Source of the DNA: a virus
Taxonomy: Duplodnaviria > Heunggongvirae > Uroviricota > Caudoviricetes
Length of the DNA: 64,000 nt
Reading direction: 5' to 3' (one strand)
IMG/VR virus record: IMGVR_UViG_3300010279_000462
The position numbers and the translations under genes are program-made. This document shows positions 32,751-42,518 of this stretch, one piece after another. How positions within the stretch are numbered: the stretch's first letter is position 1; each line of letters starts with the position of its first letter. The notes under the pieces were generated by a model. It was not told the DNA's origin. It did no database searches and worked only from the letters and a program-made list of their open reading frames with translations.

Positions 32751-34375
32751 TGGCAGAAACCAGACCGAAAAACTACCCTAAGCTGAAGGACTACAAGCCC
32801 AGCCGGTTCATGCTGCCGACCTGCCACTATGATGAAGCTAAGGCTGACCGGGCGGTGACCTTCATTGAGAACCTGCGCCATACAAAAGGCAAGTGGGCGG
32901 GCAAGCGGTTCTGGCTCTTGCCTTGGCAGGAACAGATCATCCGGGATGTGTTCGGCATTGTGGATGAGCGCGGCAACCGTCAGTTCCGCACAGCCTATGT
33001 GGAGATTGGCAAGAAGAACGGAAAGTCCGAGCTTGCCGCTGCGGTGGCTCTGTATCTGCTTTTTGCCGACAACGAACCCTCTGCAGAAGTGTACGGCGCA
33101 GCCGCCGACCGCCAGCAGGCATCCATCGTTTTCGATGTCGCCCACCAGATGGTGCAGATGACCCCGGCTCTTTTGAAACGCTGCAAGATCATGGCGGCGA
33201 CCAAGCGTATCGTCAATTACGGCAATGCCGGATTCTATCAGGTGTTGTCGGCAGAAGTCGGAACGAAACACGGCTTGAACGTGTCCGGCCTTGTGCTGGA
33301 TGAAGTCCATGCGCAGCCCAACCGCAAGCTCTATGATGTCCTGACCAAAGGCTCTGGTGATGCACGAGAACAGCCGCTGTTCTTCCTGATCACCACGGCC
33401 GGCACGGATAAGGAGAGCATCTGCTACGAGCTGCACATGAAAGCCCTTGACCTTCTGGCAGGGCGCAAGATTGACCACACCTTTTACCCGGTCGTCTATG
33501 GTCTGACCGATGAGGACGACTGGCACGATGAAGCCAACTGGTACAAAGCGAATCCCTCACTCGGACAGACCATCCGCATTGAGCGTGTCCGGGATGCTTA
33601 CCGGGAAGCCCTGGATAACCCGGCAGAGGAAAATGTGTTCAAGCAGCTTCGTTTGAATATGTGGGTGTCCTCGCTGACTCGCTTCATTCCGGAACACATC
33701 TACAACCTTGGCGATCAGCCAATAGACATGGAAGCCCTAAAAGGCCGTGACTGTTATGGTGGACTGGACTTGTCCAGCACCGGCGACATCACGGCTTTTG
33801 TGCTGATGTTCCCGCCGAGGACGCCGGACGAGAAGTACATCATGCTTCCGTTTTTCTGGATTCCGGAGGACACGATTCCCCAGCGTGTGCGCAGGGCATC
33901 CGTTCCATATGATATCTGGCATCAGCAGGGCTGCCTCATGGCAACCGAGGGCAATGTCATCCACTACGGATTCATTGAGGAGTTCATCAAGGAGCTGGGT
34001 GAAAAGTACCACATCCTCGAAATCGCCTTTGACCGCTGGGGTGCGGTGCAGATGACTCAGAACCTTGAAGGGATGGGCTTCACGGTCGTACCTTTTGGAC
34101 AGGGCTTCAAGGATATGAGCCCGCCCACCAAAGAGTTCTATAAGCTCCTGATGGAAGGACGCATCGTCCACGGCGGCAATCCTATCATGGCATGGATGGC
34201 GGGAAATGTGGTCGTGGACACAGATCCGGCTGGCAACATCAAGCCGACCAAGGCAAAGTCGCCGGAGAAGATCGATGGTATCGTCGCTGCGATCATGGCA
34301 CTTGACCGCTGCATCCGAAACGAAGGACAGCAGCAAGGCAGCATCTACGATGAGCGCGACATGATCGTTTTTTAA
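32750..34375 (+). CDS. terminase large subunit
   Basis: 541 aa. Terminase ATPase and nuclease organisation. ATGA overlap with TerS. Confidence 0.85.
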   Translation: MAETRPKNYPKLKDYKPSRFMLPTCHYDEAKADRAVTFIENLRHTKGKWAGKRFWLLPWQEQIIRDVFGIVDERGNRQFRTAYVEIGKKNGKSELAAAVALYLLFADNEPSAEVYGAAADRQQASIVFDVAHQMVQMTPALLKRCKIMAATKRIVNYGNAGFYQVLSAEVGTKHGLNVSGLVLDEVHAQPNRKLYDVLTKGSGDAREQPLFFLITTAGTDKESICYELHMKALDLLAGRKIDHTFYPVVYGLTDEDDWHDEANWYKANPSLGQTIRIERVRDAYREALDNPAEENVFKQLRLNMWVSSLTRFIPEHIYNLGDQPIDMEALKGRDCYGGLDLSSTGDITAFVLMFPPRTPDEKYIMLPFFWIPEDTIPQRVRRASVPYDIWHQQGCLMATEGNVIHYGFIEEFIKELGEKYHILEIAFDRWGAVQMTQNLEGMGFTVVPFGQGFKDMSPPTKEFYKLLMEGRIVHGGNPIMAWMAGNVVVDTDPAGNIKPTKAKSPEKIDGIVAAIMALDRCIRNEGQQQGSIYDERDMIVF

Positions 34376-34399
34376 TCACCAAGTTATGGAGGAAAACCT

Positions 34400-34615
34400 A
34401 TGAAGTATCTGATGAGTGCAGAGTGGTGGCACGCCGCCGGCGTCCGTGCCGCAAAGACCATGTTCCAGACCGGCGCGGCTCTGGTAGTGACCCAGATGCC
34501 GGGCGGAAGCGTGGACTGGATGGCGGTCGGCAGTGCCGTGATCGTGGCGGGCATTGCCTCGCTTGGAACCAGCCTTGCCGGTTTGCCGGAGCTGGAGAAG
34601 GGAGATAACGCCTGA
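34400..34615 (+). CDS. small hydrophobic protein
   Basis: 71-aa ORF rich in A/G/V with likely TM segments. Lies between TerL and portal. Confidence 0.4.
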   Translation: MKYLMSAEWWHAAGVRAAKTMFQTGAALVVTQMPGGSVDWMAVGSAVIVAGIASLGTSLAGLPELEKGDNA

Positions 34616-36012
34616 TGACATTCTGGGAATGGCTGGGGTTTGCGAATCCCAGAGACGCGCCTGAAACAACCGAACAGCCCAAAGAAGGTCTGCCGCAGGT
34701 CACGGATAATGTCCGTGATTCCGGGCAGACCTTTGTGTTTGGACGATCGAACGCGGGGGAGCAGGTGGATGAAAAAGCCGCTATGCAGATCCCGACCGTG
34801 TATGCCTGTGTCCGTCTGCTGGCAGAGTCCATTGCGGCATTACCGCTCCATCTGTACCGGGTGACGGATGAGAACGGCAACAAGGAAAAGGCACGGGACC
34901 ATCCGCTATACAAGATCCTGTACCGACAGCCTAATCCAGAAATGACAGCCTTTGTGTTCTGGGAGACCCTGATGACCCATCTGCTGCTGTGGGGCAACGC
35001 CTACGCACAGATCGTCCGGGACGGCAAGAACACAGTACTGGGACTGTACCCGCTTTTGCCGGAAAATGTCGAAGTAGACCGGGATGAAAGCGGCGAGCTG
35101 TACTATATCTATCATGCCTACACCGATGAAGTGCCGGGAGAACAGAACAAGGATATCTACTTCCGCAGGGATGAAATCTTCCATGTTCCGGGTCTGGGAT
35201 TCAATGGCCTAATCGGTTTCTCGCCGATTGCCATGATGAAGAACAGTCTCGGCACTTCCATTGCGGTGGACAAGTATGGTTCGGCTTTCTTCAAAAATGG
35301 AGCCCAGCCGAGCGGTGTTCTGGAACATCCCGGCATCATCAAGGACCCCACCCGCGTCCGAGATAACTGGGAAGCCGCCTATGGCGGTGCAGCAAATGCG
35401 CACCGTGTGGCAGTGCTGGAGGAGGGCATGAGCTACAAGCCCATTTCTCTGCCCCCGGAGGACAGCCAGTTCCTTGAAACCAAGCAGTTCTCTGTGACGG
35501 AGATCTGCCGCATCTTCCGTGTGCCTCCGCATCTGGTAGCCGACCTGTCCAGAGCGACCTTTTCCAACATTGAATACCAGTCACTGAATTTTGTGATGCA
35601 CTCCCTGACTCCGTGGCTTGTCCGCATCGAGCAGGGCATCATCAAAGATTTGCTGCTGGAGGAAGAACAGGATACTTACTTCCCGAAATTCAACGTGGAT
35701 GGGTTACTCCGTGGCGATTACCAGAGCCGGATGAACGGCTATGCCACCGGCATCAGCAACGGCTTCCTCTCTCCGAATGACATCCATCGTCTTGAAAATA
35801 TGGACCTGATCCCGGCAGAGGATGGCGGCGATGACTACTATCTGAATGGCGGCTATGTGAAGCTGAAGGATGCTGGTGCAGCCCAGCAGAATAAAGCGGC
35901 CGCCATCCAGCAGAACCAGCCTGCACAGACACAGCCGGAGGAAGATGACCCTGACAGCGACAATCGGCTGAGTGAGAGTAGGCCACAGAAAAGTAGAAGG
36001 AGAAGCAGATGA
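34615..36012 (+). CDS. portal protein (HK97-family)
   Basis: 465 aa. Position and sequence character of phage portals. Confidence 0.8.
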   Translation: MTFWEWLGFANPRDAPETTEQPKEGLPQVTDNVRDSGQTFVFGRSNAGEQVDEKAAMQIPTVYACVRLLAESIAALPLHLYRVTDENGNKEKARDHPLYKILYRQPNPEMTAFVFWETLMTHLLLWGNAYAQIVRDGKNTVLGLYPLLPENVEVDRDESGELYYIYHAYTDEVPGEQNKDIYFRRDEIFHVPGLGFNGLIGFSPIAMMKNSLGTSIAVDKYGSAFFKNGAQPSGVLEHPGIIKDPTRVRDNWEAAYGGAANAHRVAVLEEGMSYKPISLPPEDSQFLETKQFSVTEICRIFRVPPHLVADLSRATFSNIEYQSLNFVMHSLTPWLVRIEQGIIKDLLLEEEQDTYFPKFNVDGLLRGDYQSRMNGYATGISNGFLSPNDIHRLENMDLIPAEDGGDDYYLNGGYVKLKDAGAAQQNKAAAIQQNQPAQTQPEEDDPDSDNRLSESRPQKSRRRSR

Positions 36013-36860
36013 AAAAGTTCTGGAACTGGATCAAGAACAGCGATGACACCAGAATTCTCCGGCTGGAAGGTCCCATCGATGAGGAATCCTTCTGGGGCGA
36101 TGAGATCACGCCGCAGATGTTCCGGGATGAGCTGAATGCCGGAGAGGGTGATGTGACCGTCTGGATCAATTCTCCCGGCGGCAATGTGTTCGCCGCCAGT
36201 GAGATTTACACTATGCTCAGGGACTACAAGGGTAAGATCACGGTCAAGATCGATGCGATTGCGGCTTCCGCTGCATCCGTTGTTGCAATGGCCGGTGATA
36301 TTGTCCAGATGAGTCCCGTTGCGATGCTCATGATCCATGACCCCAGCACCGTGGCGATGGGCAACACCAAGGATATGGAGAAAGCCATCGAGGTGCTGAA
36401 CGAAGTCAAAGAGAGCATCATCAACGCCTATGCGGATAAGTCTGGTCTGACTCACGCCCGCATTGCCAACCTTATGAGCAATGAGACATGGATGAACGCC
36501 AAGAAAGCCGTGGAGCTGGGCTTTGCGGACGAGATTCTCTTTGCAAAGAAAGCGGAGCCGGACAGTGACCCGGCTGACCCTGCAGAAGCGGAAGAAGCCC
36601 CAGACGAGGAACCGGGCGAGGGCGAAGAAAAGCAGTCTATCCAGAAGGATACGGCAGGGCACCTTTTCTCCAGCCGTCAGATGGATTTAATCGTCCTGAA
36701 TCGTCTGGGTGTCAAACCTTCCGCGACCGCAGCAACCCCCAAGGAATCGCCCAAAGAGTCGCCTGCCGATTCTGGCCCTGTTCTGGATATGGACGGCAAG
36801 ACCGAGAACGGCGACTATTCCTACAATGTCCTGATGAAGCAGCTGGAGTGCATGAAGTGA
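36009..36860 (+). CDS. ClpP-like head maturation protease
   Basis: INSPGGNVFAASEIYTMLRDYKGKITVKIDAIAASAASVVAMAGD is the ClpP/S14 fold motif. Confidence 0.85.
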   Translation: MKKFWNWIKNSDDTRILRLEGPIDEESFWGDEITPQMFRDELNAGEGDVTVWINSPGGNVFAASEIYTMLRDYKGKITVKIDAIAASAASVVAMAGDIVQMSPVAMLMIHDPSTVAMGNTKDMEKAIEVLNEVKESIINAYADKSGLTHARIANLMSNETWMNAKKAVELGFADEILFAKKAEPDSDPADPAEAEEAPDEEPGEGEEKQSIQKDTAGHLFSSRQMDLIVLNRLGVKPSATAATPKESPKESPADSGPVLDMDGKTENGDYSYNVLMKQLECMK

Positions 36861-36912
36861 TGCGTCCCGGCTTTTTTCATACCGATAACTGAATTTGTGG
36901 AGGTACACGAAT

Positions 36913-38118
36913 ATGAGTAAGATTCTGGAACTGCGCACCAAGCGCAACACCCTCTGGGAGCAGACCAAGGACTTCCTGGAGAAGAACCGCGGTGAGAACG
37001 GTCTGGTCAAGGCCGAAGCTGTGGAGCAGTACAACAAGATGGCGCAGGAGGTCAAGGATCTGGGTGCAGAGATCGAGCGGCTGGAACAGCAGGCACAGAT
37101 CGAGGCACAGCTGTCCGCTCCGACTTCCAATCCTGTTCACGCTGACCCCAAGAACGGCAGCAAGAAGGATGTCAAGCCCACGGCCACTGCCGAGTATGCC
37201 GAGAACTTCTGGAATATGATCCGCAATCGCGGTCACTACGGCGAAGTCCGCAACGCCCTGTCTGTGGGCGAGGACACCGAGGGCGGCTTTACTGTCCCGG
37301 ACGAGTTCGAGAAAAAGCTGGTAGAGGCACTGGAGGAGAACAACATCTTCCGTGGAATGGCGACCGTCATCCGCACCAGCTCCGGCACCCGCAAGATTCC
37401 CATTGCGGAGGATACCGGCGAGGCAAGCTGGATCGATGAGGGCGAGGAGATCCCGGAGAGCGATGCCGCCTTCGGTCAGACTATGCTGTCTGCCTACAAG
37501 CTGGGTACTATGATCAAGATTTCCAATGAGCTGCTGAACGATTCCGCCTTTGACCTTGCCACCTATATTGCCCGCCGTTTTGGTGTGCGTATGGGCAATG
37601 CCGAGGAACGCGCCTTTATCACCGGTGATGGTGTCGGCAAGCCTCTGGGCCTGCTGGCAGAGACCGGCGGTGCAAAGGTCGGTGTGACCGCAGCCAAGAA
37701 GGATGCCGTGTCCTTTGATGAGATCTTCAAGCTCTACTACGCACTGAAGGCTCCGTACCGCAAGAAGGCACAGTTCCTCTGCAACGAAGCTCTGGTGCTG
37801 CAGCTGATGACCCTCAAGGACAATAACAACAACTATATCTGGAAGCCGGGTCTGGAGATCGGCAAGCCGGATACCCTGCTGAACCGTCCGCTGAAGACTT
37901 CTGCCTTTATGCCGGAGGTCAAGGGCGGCAGCAAGGTCATGGCCTTTGGCGATTACAGCTACTACTGGGTGGCTGACCGCCAGAACCGCACCTTCCGTCG
38001 TCTGAACGAGCTGTATGCCCGTACCGATCAGGTCGGTTTCCTGACCACCCAGCGTGTGGATGGCAAGCTGATCCTGCCGGAGTCCGTGCAGCTGCTCCAG
38101 ATGGCTGCCGGCGGCTGA
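36913..38118 (+). CDS. major capsid protein, HK97 family
   Basis: N-terminal coiled-coil delta domain followed by the HK97 MCP fold. RBS GTGGAGGT. Confidence 0.85.
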   Translation: MSKILELRTKRNTLWEQTKDFLEKNRGENGLVKAEAVEQYNKMAQEVKDLGAEIERLEQQAQIEAQLSAPTSNPVHADPKNGSKKDVKPTATAEYAENFWNMIRNRGHYGEVRNALSVGEDTEGGFTVPDEFEKKLVEALEENNIFRGMATVIRTSSGTRKIPIAEDTGEASWIDEGEEIPESDAAFGQTMLSAYKLGTMIKISNELLNDSAFDLATYIARRFGVRMGNAEERAFITGDGVGKPLGLLAETGGAKVGVTAAKKDAVSFDEIFKLYYALKAPYRKKAQFLCNEALVLQLMTLKDNNNNYIWKPGLEIGKPDTLLNRPLKTSAFMPEVKGGSKVMAFGDYSYYWVADRQNRTFRRLNELYARTDQVGFLTTQRVDGKLILPESVQLLQMAAGG

Positions 38119-38139
38119 TAAGAGAGGAGAAAACCGATC

Positions 38140-38478
38140 ATGGCACTGATCCCGCTTTTTGAAGCAAAGACCTATCTGCGCGTGGACAGCGGGGATGAGG
38201 ATGCCCTGATCGGACTCCTGCTCTCCTCTGCTGAGCAGATGTGCAAGGATGTGGGGCGGCTCTCGGATGACCAGTGGGAGGCAGTCAATGCTGCTGACCG
38301 GGATGCCGAGAACGGTGTACAGCCGACGAGGGAGCTGGAAGCCCTGCGCAGTACTTGCCGTGTGGCAATTCTGTATGCTCTGGGCTATTTGTACGAACAC
38401 AGGGACGAAGCAGACCATCACGCACTGATGATGACGCTTCGTTCCATTCTGTTTGCTGTGAGGGAGGGGGTGTTCTGA
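38140..38478 (+). CDS. head-tail connector protein (gp6-like)
   Basis: 112 aa. LIPLFEAKTYLRVD...LLLSSAEQMCKD pattern. Confidence 0.65.
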   Translation: MALIPLFEAKTYLRVDSGDEDALIGLLLSSAEQMCKDVGRLSDDQWEAVNAADRDAENGVQPTRELEALRSTCRVAILYALGYLYEHRDEADHHALMMTLRSILFAVREGVF

Positions 38479-38810
38479 TGATTGAAAAGCTGAACGAGCG
38501 AATCACGATTCAGCAGAGCAAGCATATGACCGACAAGGTCGGCAACCATCGGAACGCATGGGTGGATTATTACACCTGCTTCGCCTACGCTTCGACCTAT
38601 GAGGCGCAGGAGGAAGAAGGTGAAGTCACAGCTGAACAGAAAAGCGTGGTGTTCACGGTTCGCTGGTGCAGCGAAGTCAGACAGCTGACTTCGACCGGCT
38701 ACCGGGTCATGTTCCGGGGTGAGCTGTACGACATCATTTCGGTTGACCCAATGAACTACGGTAAGAAAACCATCAAGGTTCATTGCCGGCTGCAAAGGAG
38801 ACAGAAATGA
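38478..38810 (+). CDS. head closure / head-tail adaptor protein
   Basis: 110 aa. YDIISVD motif. TGATG overlap with the upstream gene. Confidence 0.6.
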   Translation: MIEKLNERITIQQSKHMTDKVGNHRNAWVDYYTCFAYASTYEAQEEEGEVTAEQKSVVFTVRWCSEVRQLTSTGYRVMFRGELYDIISVDPMNYGKKTIKVHCRLQRRQK

Positions 38811-39184
38811 GCAGGACTGTGAGTGTGGATGAGCTGGCATCCGCCATCAATGAGGGCTTGCAGGAGTATGCGACACTCGCTGCCGCTGGGGTCAAGAGTG
38901 CGGTCCGCAAATCTGCCAAAACCGTCAAGGAACAGATTGAGGCGGGCGCGCCGACTCGGACCGGCCATTACAAGTCGAGCTGGGTCGCCACCAAGCAGGA
39001 GGAGTCCAGCCAGAGTTTGCAGATGGTCGTGCATTCCAAAGACAGATACCAGCTGGCGCATCTTCTGGAAAATGGTCATGCCAAGCGCGGCGGTGGGCGT
39101 GTGGCGGGAAGACCGCATATTGCGCCAGCCGAGCAGCTGGGCGAAGAATTGCTCCAAGGCCTCATCGAGAAGGCACTGAAATAG
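38807..39184 (+). CDS. HK97 gp10-family neck protein
   Basis: TGHYKSSW motif. Overlapping start. Confidence 0.6.
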   Translation: MSRTVSVDELASAINEGLQEYATLAAAGVKSAVRKSAKTVKEQIEAGAPTRTGHYKSSWVATKQEESSQSLQMVVHSKDRYQLAHLLENGHAKRGGGRVAGRPHIAPAEQLGEELLQGLIEKALK

Positions 39185-39193
39185 GAGGACACC

Positions 39194-39511
39194 ATGACCC
39201 ACGAAGAAGTCAAAACTATGGTGGAGGAAATGGGCTATCCTTGTGCGTATGACCATTTCGCAGAGGGGGAAAGTCCTGACCCGCCATTCATCTGCTTCCT
39301 TTATCCGAAAGCCGAGAATTTCGGTGCGGACGACATCGTGTATCACCATTTTAACCGGCTGCACATTGAAGTCTACACAGATTACAAAGACCCGGATATG
39401 GAAGCGGCAATCGAAGAAGTCCTGACCCGGCACGAGCTTTTTTATGAAAAGAGCGAGGTCTGGATCGAGACTGAAAAAATGTATGAAGTCCTGTATGAGC
39501 TAATCGTGTGA
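39194..39511 (+). CDS. putative tail terminator/completion protein
   Basis: Call based on position only. 105 aa. Confidence 0.4.
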   Translation: MTHEEVKTMVEEMGYPCAYDHFAEGESPDPPFICFLYPKAENFGADDIVYHHFNRLHIEVYTDYKDPDMEAAIEEVLTRHELFYEKSEVWIETEKMYEVLYELIV

Positions 39512-39547
39512 CGCTGATGCAGGGCTGTTTTTATGGAGGAATAAGCA

Positions 39548-40159
39548 ATGGCCAAGAAAAGCAATAAGGTCAAGTACGGCCTGAAAAACTGCCATTACGC
39601 CAAGGCAACCTTTGACGAGGATGGCAGTGTCACCTACGCAAAGCCTGTGCGTATCCCCGGTGCGGTCAGCCTGTCGATGGATGCCAACGGCGATATTGAA
39701 CCGTTCTATGCGGACAACATCGCGTACTATGTCGTGAACAACAACTCCGGCTATGAGGGTGACCTCGAAATCGCGCTGATCCCTGAGAGCTTCCTCACCG
39801 ACATTATGCACGAGGAGCTGGACGGCAACGGTGTGCTGGCGGAGAACGCTAACGCGGAGCTGGAGCATTTCGCCTTCCTGTTTGAATTCGATGGCGACCA
39901 GCGGCACATCCGTCATGTCATGTACAACTGCGTGGCATCCCGTCCGGCTGTGGAGGGTGACACCAACGAGGACAGCAAGGAGGTCAAGACCGACAAGCTG
40001 ACCATTCAGGCAACCCCACTGGCGAACGGCTACGTCAAGGCCAAGACCGGCACTGACACCACCGATGATGTCTACAACAAGTGGTACGAAAAGGTGTATG
40101 AGCCGCAGGCGGAAGCATCCAGTGTGACTGACCCGGAGGAAGTAGACCCCCAGGGCTGA
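39548..40159 (+). CDS. major tail protein
   Basis: 203 aa. Located upstream of the chaperone/TMP pair. RBS GGAGGAATAA. Confidence 0.65.
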   Translation: MAKKSNKVKYGLKNCHYAKATFDEDGSVTYAKPVRIPGAVSLSMDANGDIEPFYADNIAYYVVNNNSGYEGDLEIALIPESFLTDIMHEELDGNGVLAENANAELEHFAFLFEFDGDQRHIRHVMYNCVASRPAVEGDTNEDSKEVKTDKLTIQATPLANGYVKAKTGTDTTDDVYNKWYEKVYEPQAEASSVTDPEEVDPQG

Positions 40160-40215
40160 TTTGAACTGTGGCAGGGCATTGGCTCTGTCACTACATGAAA
40201 AAGGAGAATTTTGAT

Positions 40216-41049
40216 ATGAAAAAAAGTCGTGTATTCCCTCTGTTCGCTGTCATCGTGATCGCATTCCTGCTGATTCGGTCGCTGACCATTGTGCCGACCG
40301 GCTACACAGGCGTTAAGACCAGCTTCGGTCAGATTCAGGAAACCACTATTCAGAGTGGCAAGCTCAACTTTACGATCCCCTTTGTGCAGAGCATCCACAC
40401 CGTCAACAACAAGCAGCAGGACAAGCATATTGAGAACCAGATCTGGGGCGAAGCCTCCGACAAGACTCCGGTGTATGCGGCAGATGTCATCGTGACCTAT
40501 CAGGTATTGCCTGAAAAGTCCGCGTGGCTGTATGCCAATGTGTCCGACATCAAGAATCTGCTTGGGGATGAGCTGGTCGCATCTGCTGTGAAATCGGCTA
40601 TGTCTGAGCTGGGTCCCGAAGATGTGACCAATCGCACCAAGGTGGAGCCTCTGGCACAGCGGAAGCTGGCTGAGTCCCTTAACCAGAAGTACGGTGAGGG
40701 TGCTGTGTTCGTCAACAAGGTGGTCATCAACGACATGGATTTCGAGGAAGCGTACAATGTTGCCATCCAGCAGAAATCCATTGCACAGCAGAATGCCGCC
40801 CGCCAGAAGATCGAGAATGAAGCCGCTATTGCTAAGGCAGAGGCGGACAAGCAGGTGGCCATCACCAATGCTGAGGCAGAAGCCCAGAAGACTTCCATTG
40901 CAGCCGAGGCACAGGCAGAAGCCAACCGCAAGATTACGGACAGCCTGTCTGATACGCTGATCGAGTACCAGAAGGTTCAGAAGTGGGACGGCAAGCTGCC
41001 CACCGTCAGCGGCGGCAATGCGCTGGTTAGCATCGACCCGGCAGAGTAA
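40216..41049 (+). CDS. SPFH/band-7 (prohibitin/HflC-like) domain membrane protein
   Basis: N-terminal TM helix, then an SPFH core (TGYTGVKTSFGQIQE…), then an Ala/Gln/Glu-rich coiled coil (AQQNAARQKIENEAAIAKAEAD...). Confidence 0.75.
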   Translation: MKKSRVFPLFAVIVIAFLLIRSLTIVPTGYTGVKTSFGQIQETTIQSGKLNFTIPFVQSIHTVNNKQQDKHIENQIWGEASDKTPVYAADVIVTYQVLPEKSAWLYANVSDIKNLLGDELVASAVKSAMSELGPEDVTNRTKVEPLAQRKLAESLNQKYGEGAVFVNKVVINDMDFEEAYNVAIQQKSIAQQNAARQKIENEAAIAKAEADKQVAITNAEAEAQKTSIAAEAQAEANRKITDSLSDTLIEYQKVQKWDGKLPTVSGGNALVSIDPAE

Positions 41050-41112
41050 GAATCACAGATTGAGGGCAGGAGGACTGCCCTCTTATACATTGAATATAGG
41101 AGGACAACAACC

Positions 41113-41490
41113 ATGGCAGTTACGAAGAAAATCGAGATCGATGGTCAGCAGGTGGAGTTCCGTGCAAGCGCAGCCGTGCCGCGCCTGTACCGCATCAAGT
41201 TCGGCAGAGACATCTATAAGGACCTTCGTTCTCTGGAAAAGAGTGTGGATGACGGCAACGAGGATAGCTCCGACCTCGACTTGTTCAGTCTGGAGATGTT
41301 TGAAAATATCGCCTATATCATGGCGAAGCACGCCCATCCGGATCAGGTGGCAGACACCCCGGATGAGTGGCTGGAGAACTTCAACACCTTCTCCATCTAC
41401 CAGATCCTTCCCCAGTTGATCGAGCTGTGGGGTCTGAATGTGCAGACGGAGGTAGAGGCAAGAAAAAACCTCGCAAAAGTGAGCGGGTAA
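41113..41490 (+). CDS. tail assembly chaperone (gpG-like)
   Basis: 125 aa. Lies immediately upstream of the TMP and ends with the slippery heptamer A_AAA_AAC. Confidence 0.7.
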   Translation: MAVTKKIEIDGQQVEFRASAAVPRLYRIKFGRDIYKDLRSLEKSVDDGNEDSSDLDLFSLEMFENIAYIMAKHAHPDQVADTPDEWLENFNTFSIYQILPQLIELWGLNVQTEVEARKNLAKVSG

Positions 41491-41654
41491 TGACCACCCC
41501 GCTCTTTATGCTGCGCTGTGTACAGCTCGGTATCAGCATCGCCGACCTCGACCTGCTGACCATTGGGTTGGTCAATGATATGTTCACGGAGCGGCAGAAC
41601 GATGAGTATCCGTATCAGGAATTGGCAAGCCAGTCGGACTTCGACCGATTCTGA
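41469..41654 (+). CDS. tail assembly chaperone -1 frameshift extension (gpGT-like)
   Basis: Slippery A AAA AAC at 41463-41469 in the zero frame. The -1 frame stays open to 41654. Confidence 0.55.
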   Translation, partial: PRKSERVMTTPLFMLRCVQLGISIADLDLLTIGLVNDMFTERQNDEYPYQELASQSDFDRF

Positions 41655-41714
41655 GAACCAGACGCTCGTGCTTATTTGAAGTGTGAAATAAGCACGGTAG
41701 GTGAGTGAGGGCGG

Positions 41715-41754
41715 AAAATAAAAAATCCCACCCAGCCGTGCACAGCTGAGTGGG
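41715..41754 (-). terminator. rho-independent terminator on the minus strand, downstream of the TA cassette
   Basis: CCCACCCAGC...GCTGAGTGGG stem. The minus-strand reading is followed by ATTTTTTATTTT. Confidence 0.55.
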
Positions 41755-41853
41755 AAAAGAAGGTGGCCCGTAGGTCATCTTCCCGGTCTCGGACCTCGCA
41801 AGGTTGCCGAAAACTGATCGCGTTTAGAATTATAACCGACTTGGCAGCAACAG

Positions 41854-42189
41854 TCAACCGATTAGACCGTGCTTGGAAGCTCTTTTCTGGGCAAGATCAT
41901 ATACTTCTTCATCGGCACGAACACCAATGACGATTACCATCATGGATGATTCCGTGCGGCGAAGTTGGTAAACGACTCGTAAGCCCGCGGAACGGAGCTT
42001 GATTTTAAGCAATCCGGCAAGATTGGTTCCACTGTGATTGCCGAGGGGCTTACCGTAGCCTTGTTCATCAACAGGCAGAGGATTCTGCTGAACTTTTTTG
42101 ATGGCCTTCAGAACAAGGACGCGCTGGCTTCCATCAAGGTCTTTCAGATCTTTTTCTGCTTCGGGAAGATATTCAAGTTTCCAGCTCAT
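41854..42189 (-). CDS. RelE/ParE-family type II toxin
   Basis: 111 aa. RelE-like profile (KPLGNHSG...GLLKIKLRSAGLRVVYQ). ATGA overlap with the antitoxin. Confidence 0.75.
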   Translation of the reverse strand: MSWKLEYLPEAEKDLKDLDGSQRVLVLKAIKKVQQNPLPVDEQGYGKPLGNHSGTNLAGLLKIKLRSAGLRVVYQLRRTESSMMVIVIGVRADEEVYDLAQKRASKHGLIG

Positions 42190-42518
42190 TCGATTTCAAC
42201 CTCGTCAAAACCGGCGAGATCGTCTTCCGTGACACCGAGACGACGGTTCATTTCTTCCTCAGAAATTAAAGTGGAGGGATCAAAATGTGCCATACGCTCA
42301 GATGCAATCGCCATCAAGCGGGCATCGTTCAATTCATCCATCAGTCGGACATACTCATCCGGGGAAATAAGGACGCATTCAGCAACGTTGTTTTTCATAA
42401 CAACTTTTGCACCGTATTGTTTGACGTCCTCAAAAATTTTTCCTGCAAGGCCGCGGTTGAATTGCGTGATGGGAACCGTATTCGTAATAGCACTCATAAC
42501 AGAAGCCATGGTCGTCAA
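42186..42518 (-). CDS. Phd/YefM-family antitoxin
   Basis: 110 aa. ITQFNRG...AECVLISPDEYVRLMDEL pattern. Lies upstream of the toxin. Confidence 0.7.
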   Translation of the reverse strand: MTTMASVMSAITNTVPITQFNRGLAGKIFEDVKQYGAKVVMKNNVAECVLISPDEYVRLMDELNDARLMAIASERMAHFDPSTLISEEEMNRRLGVTEDDLAGFDEVEIE

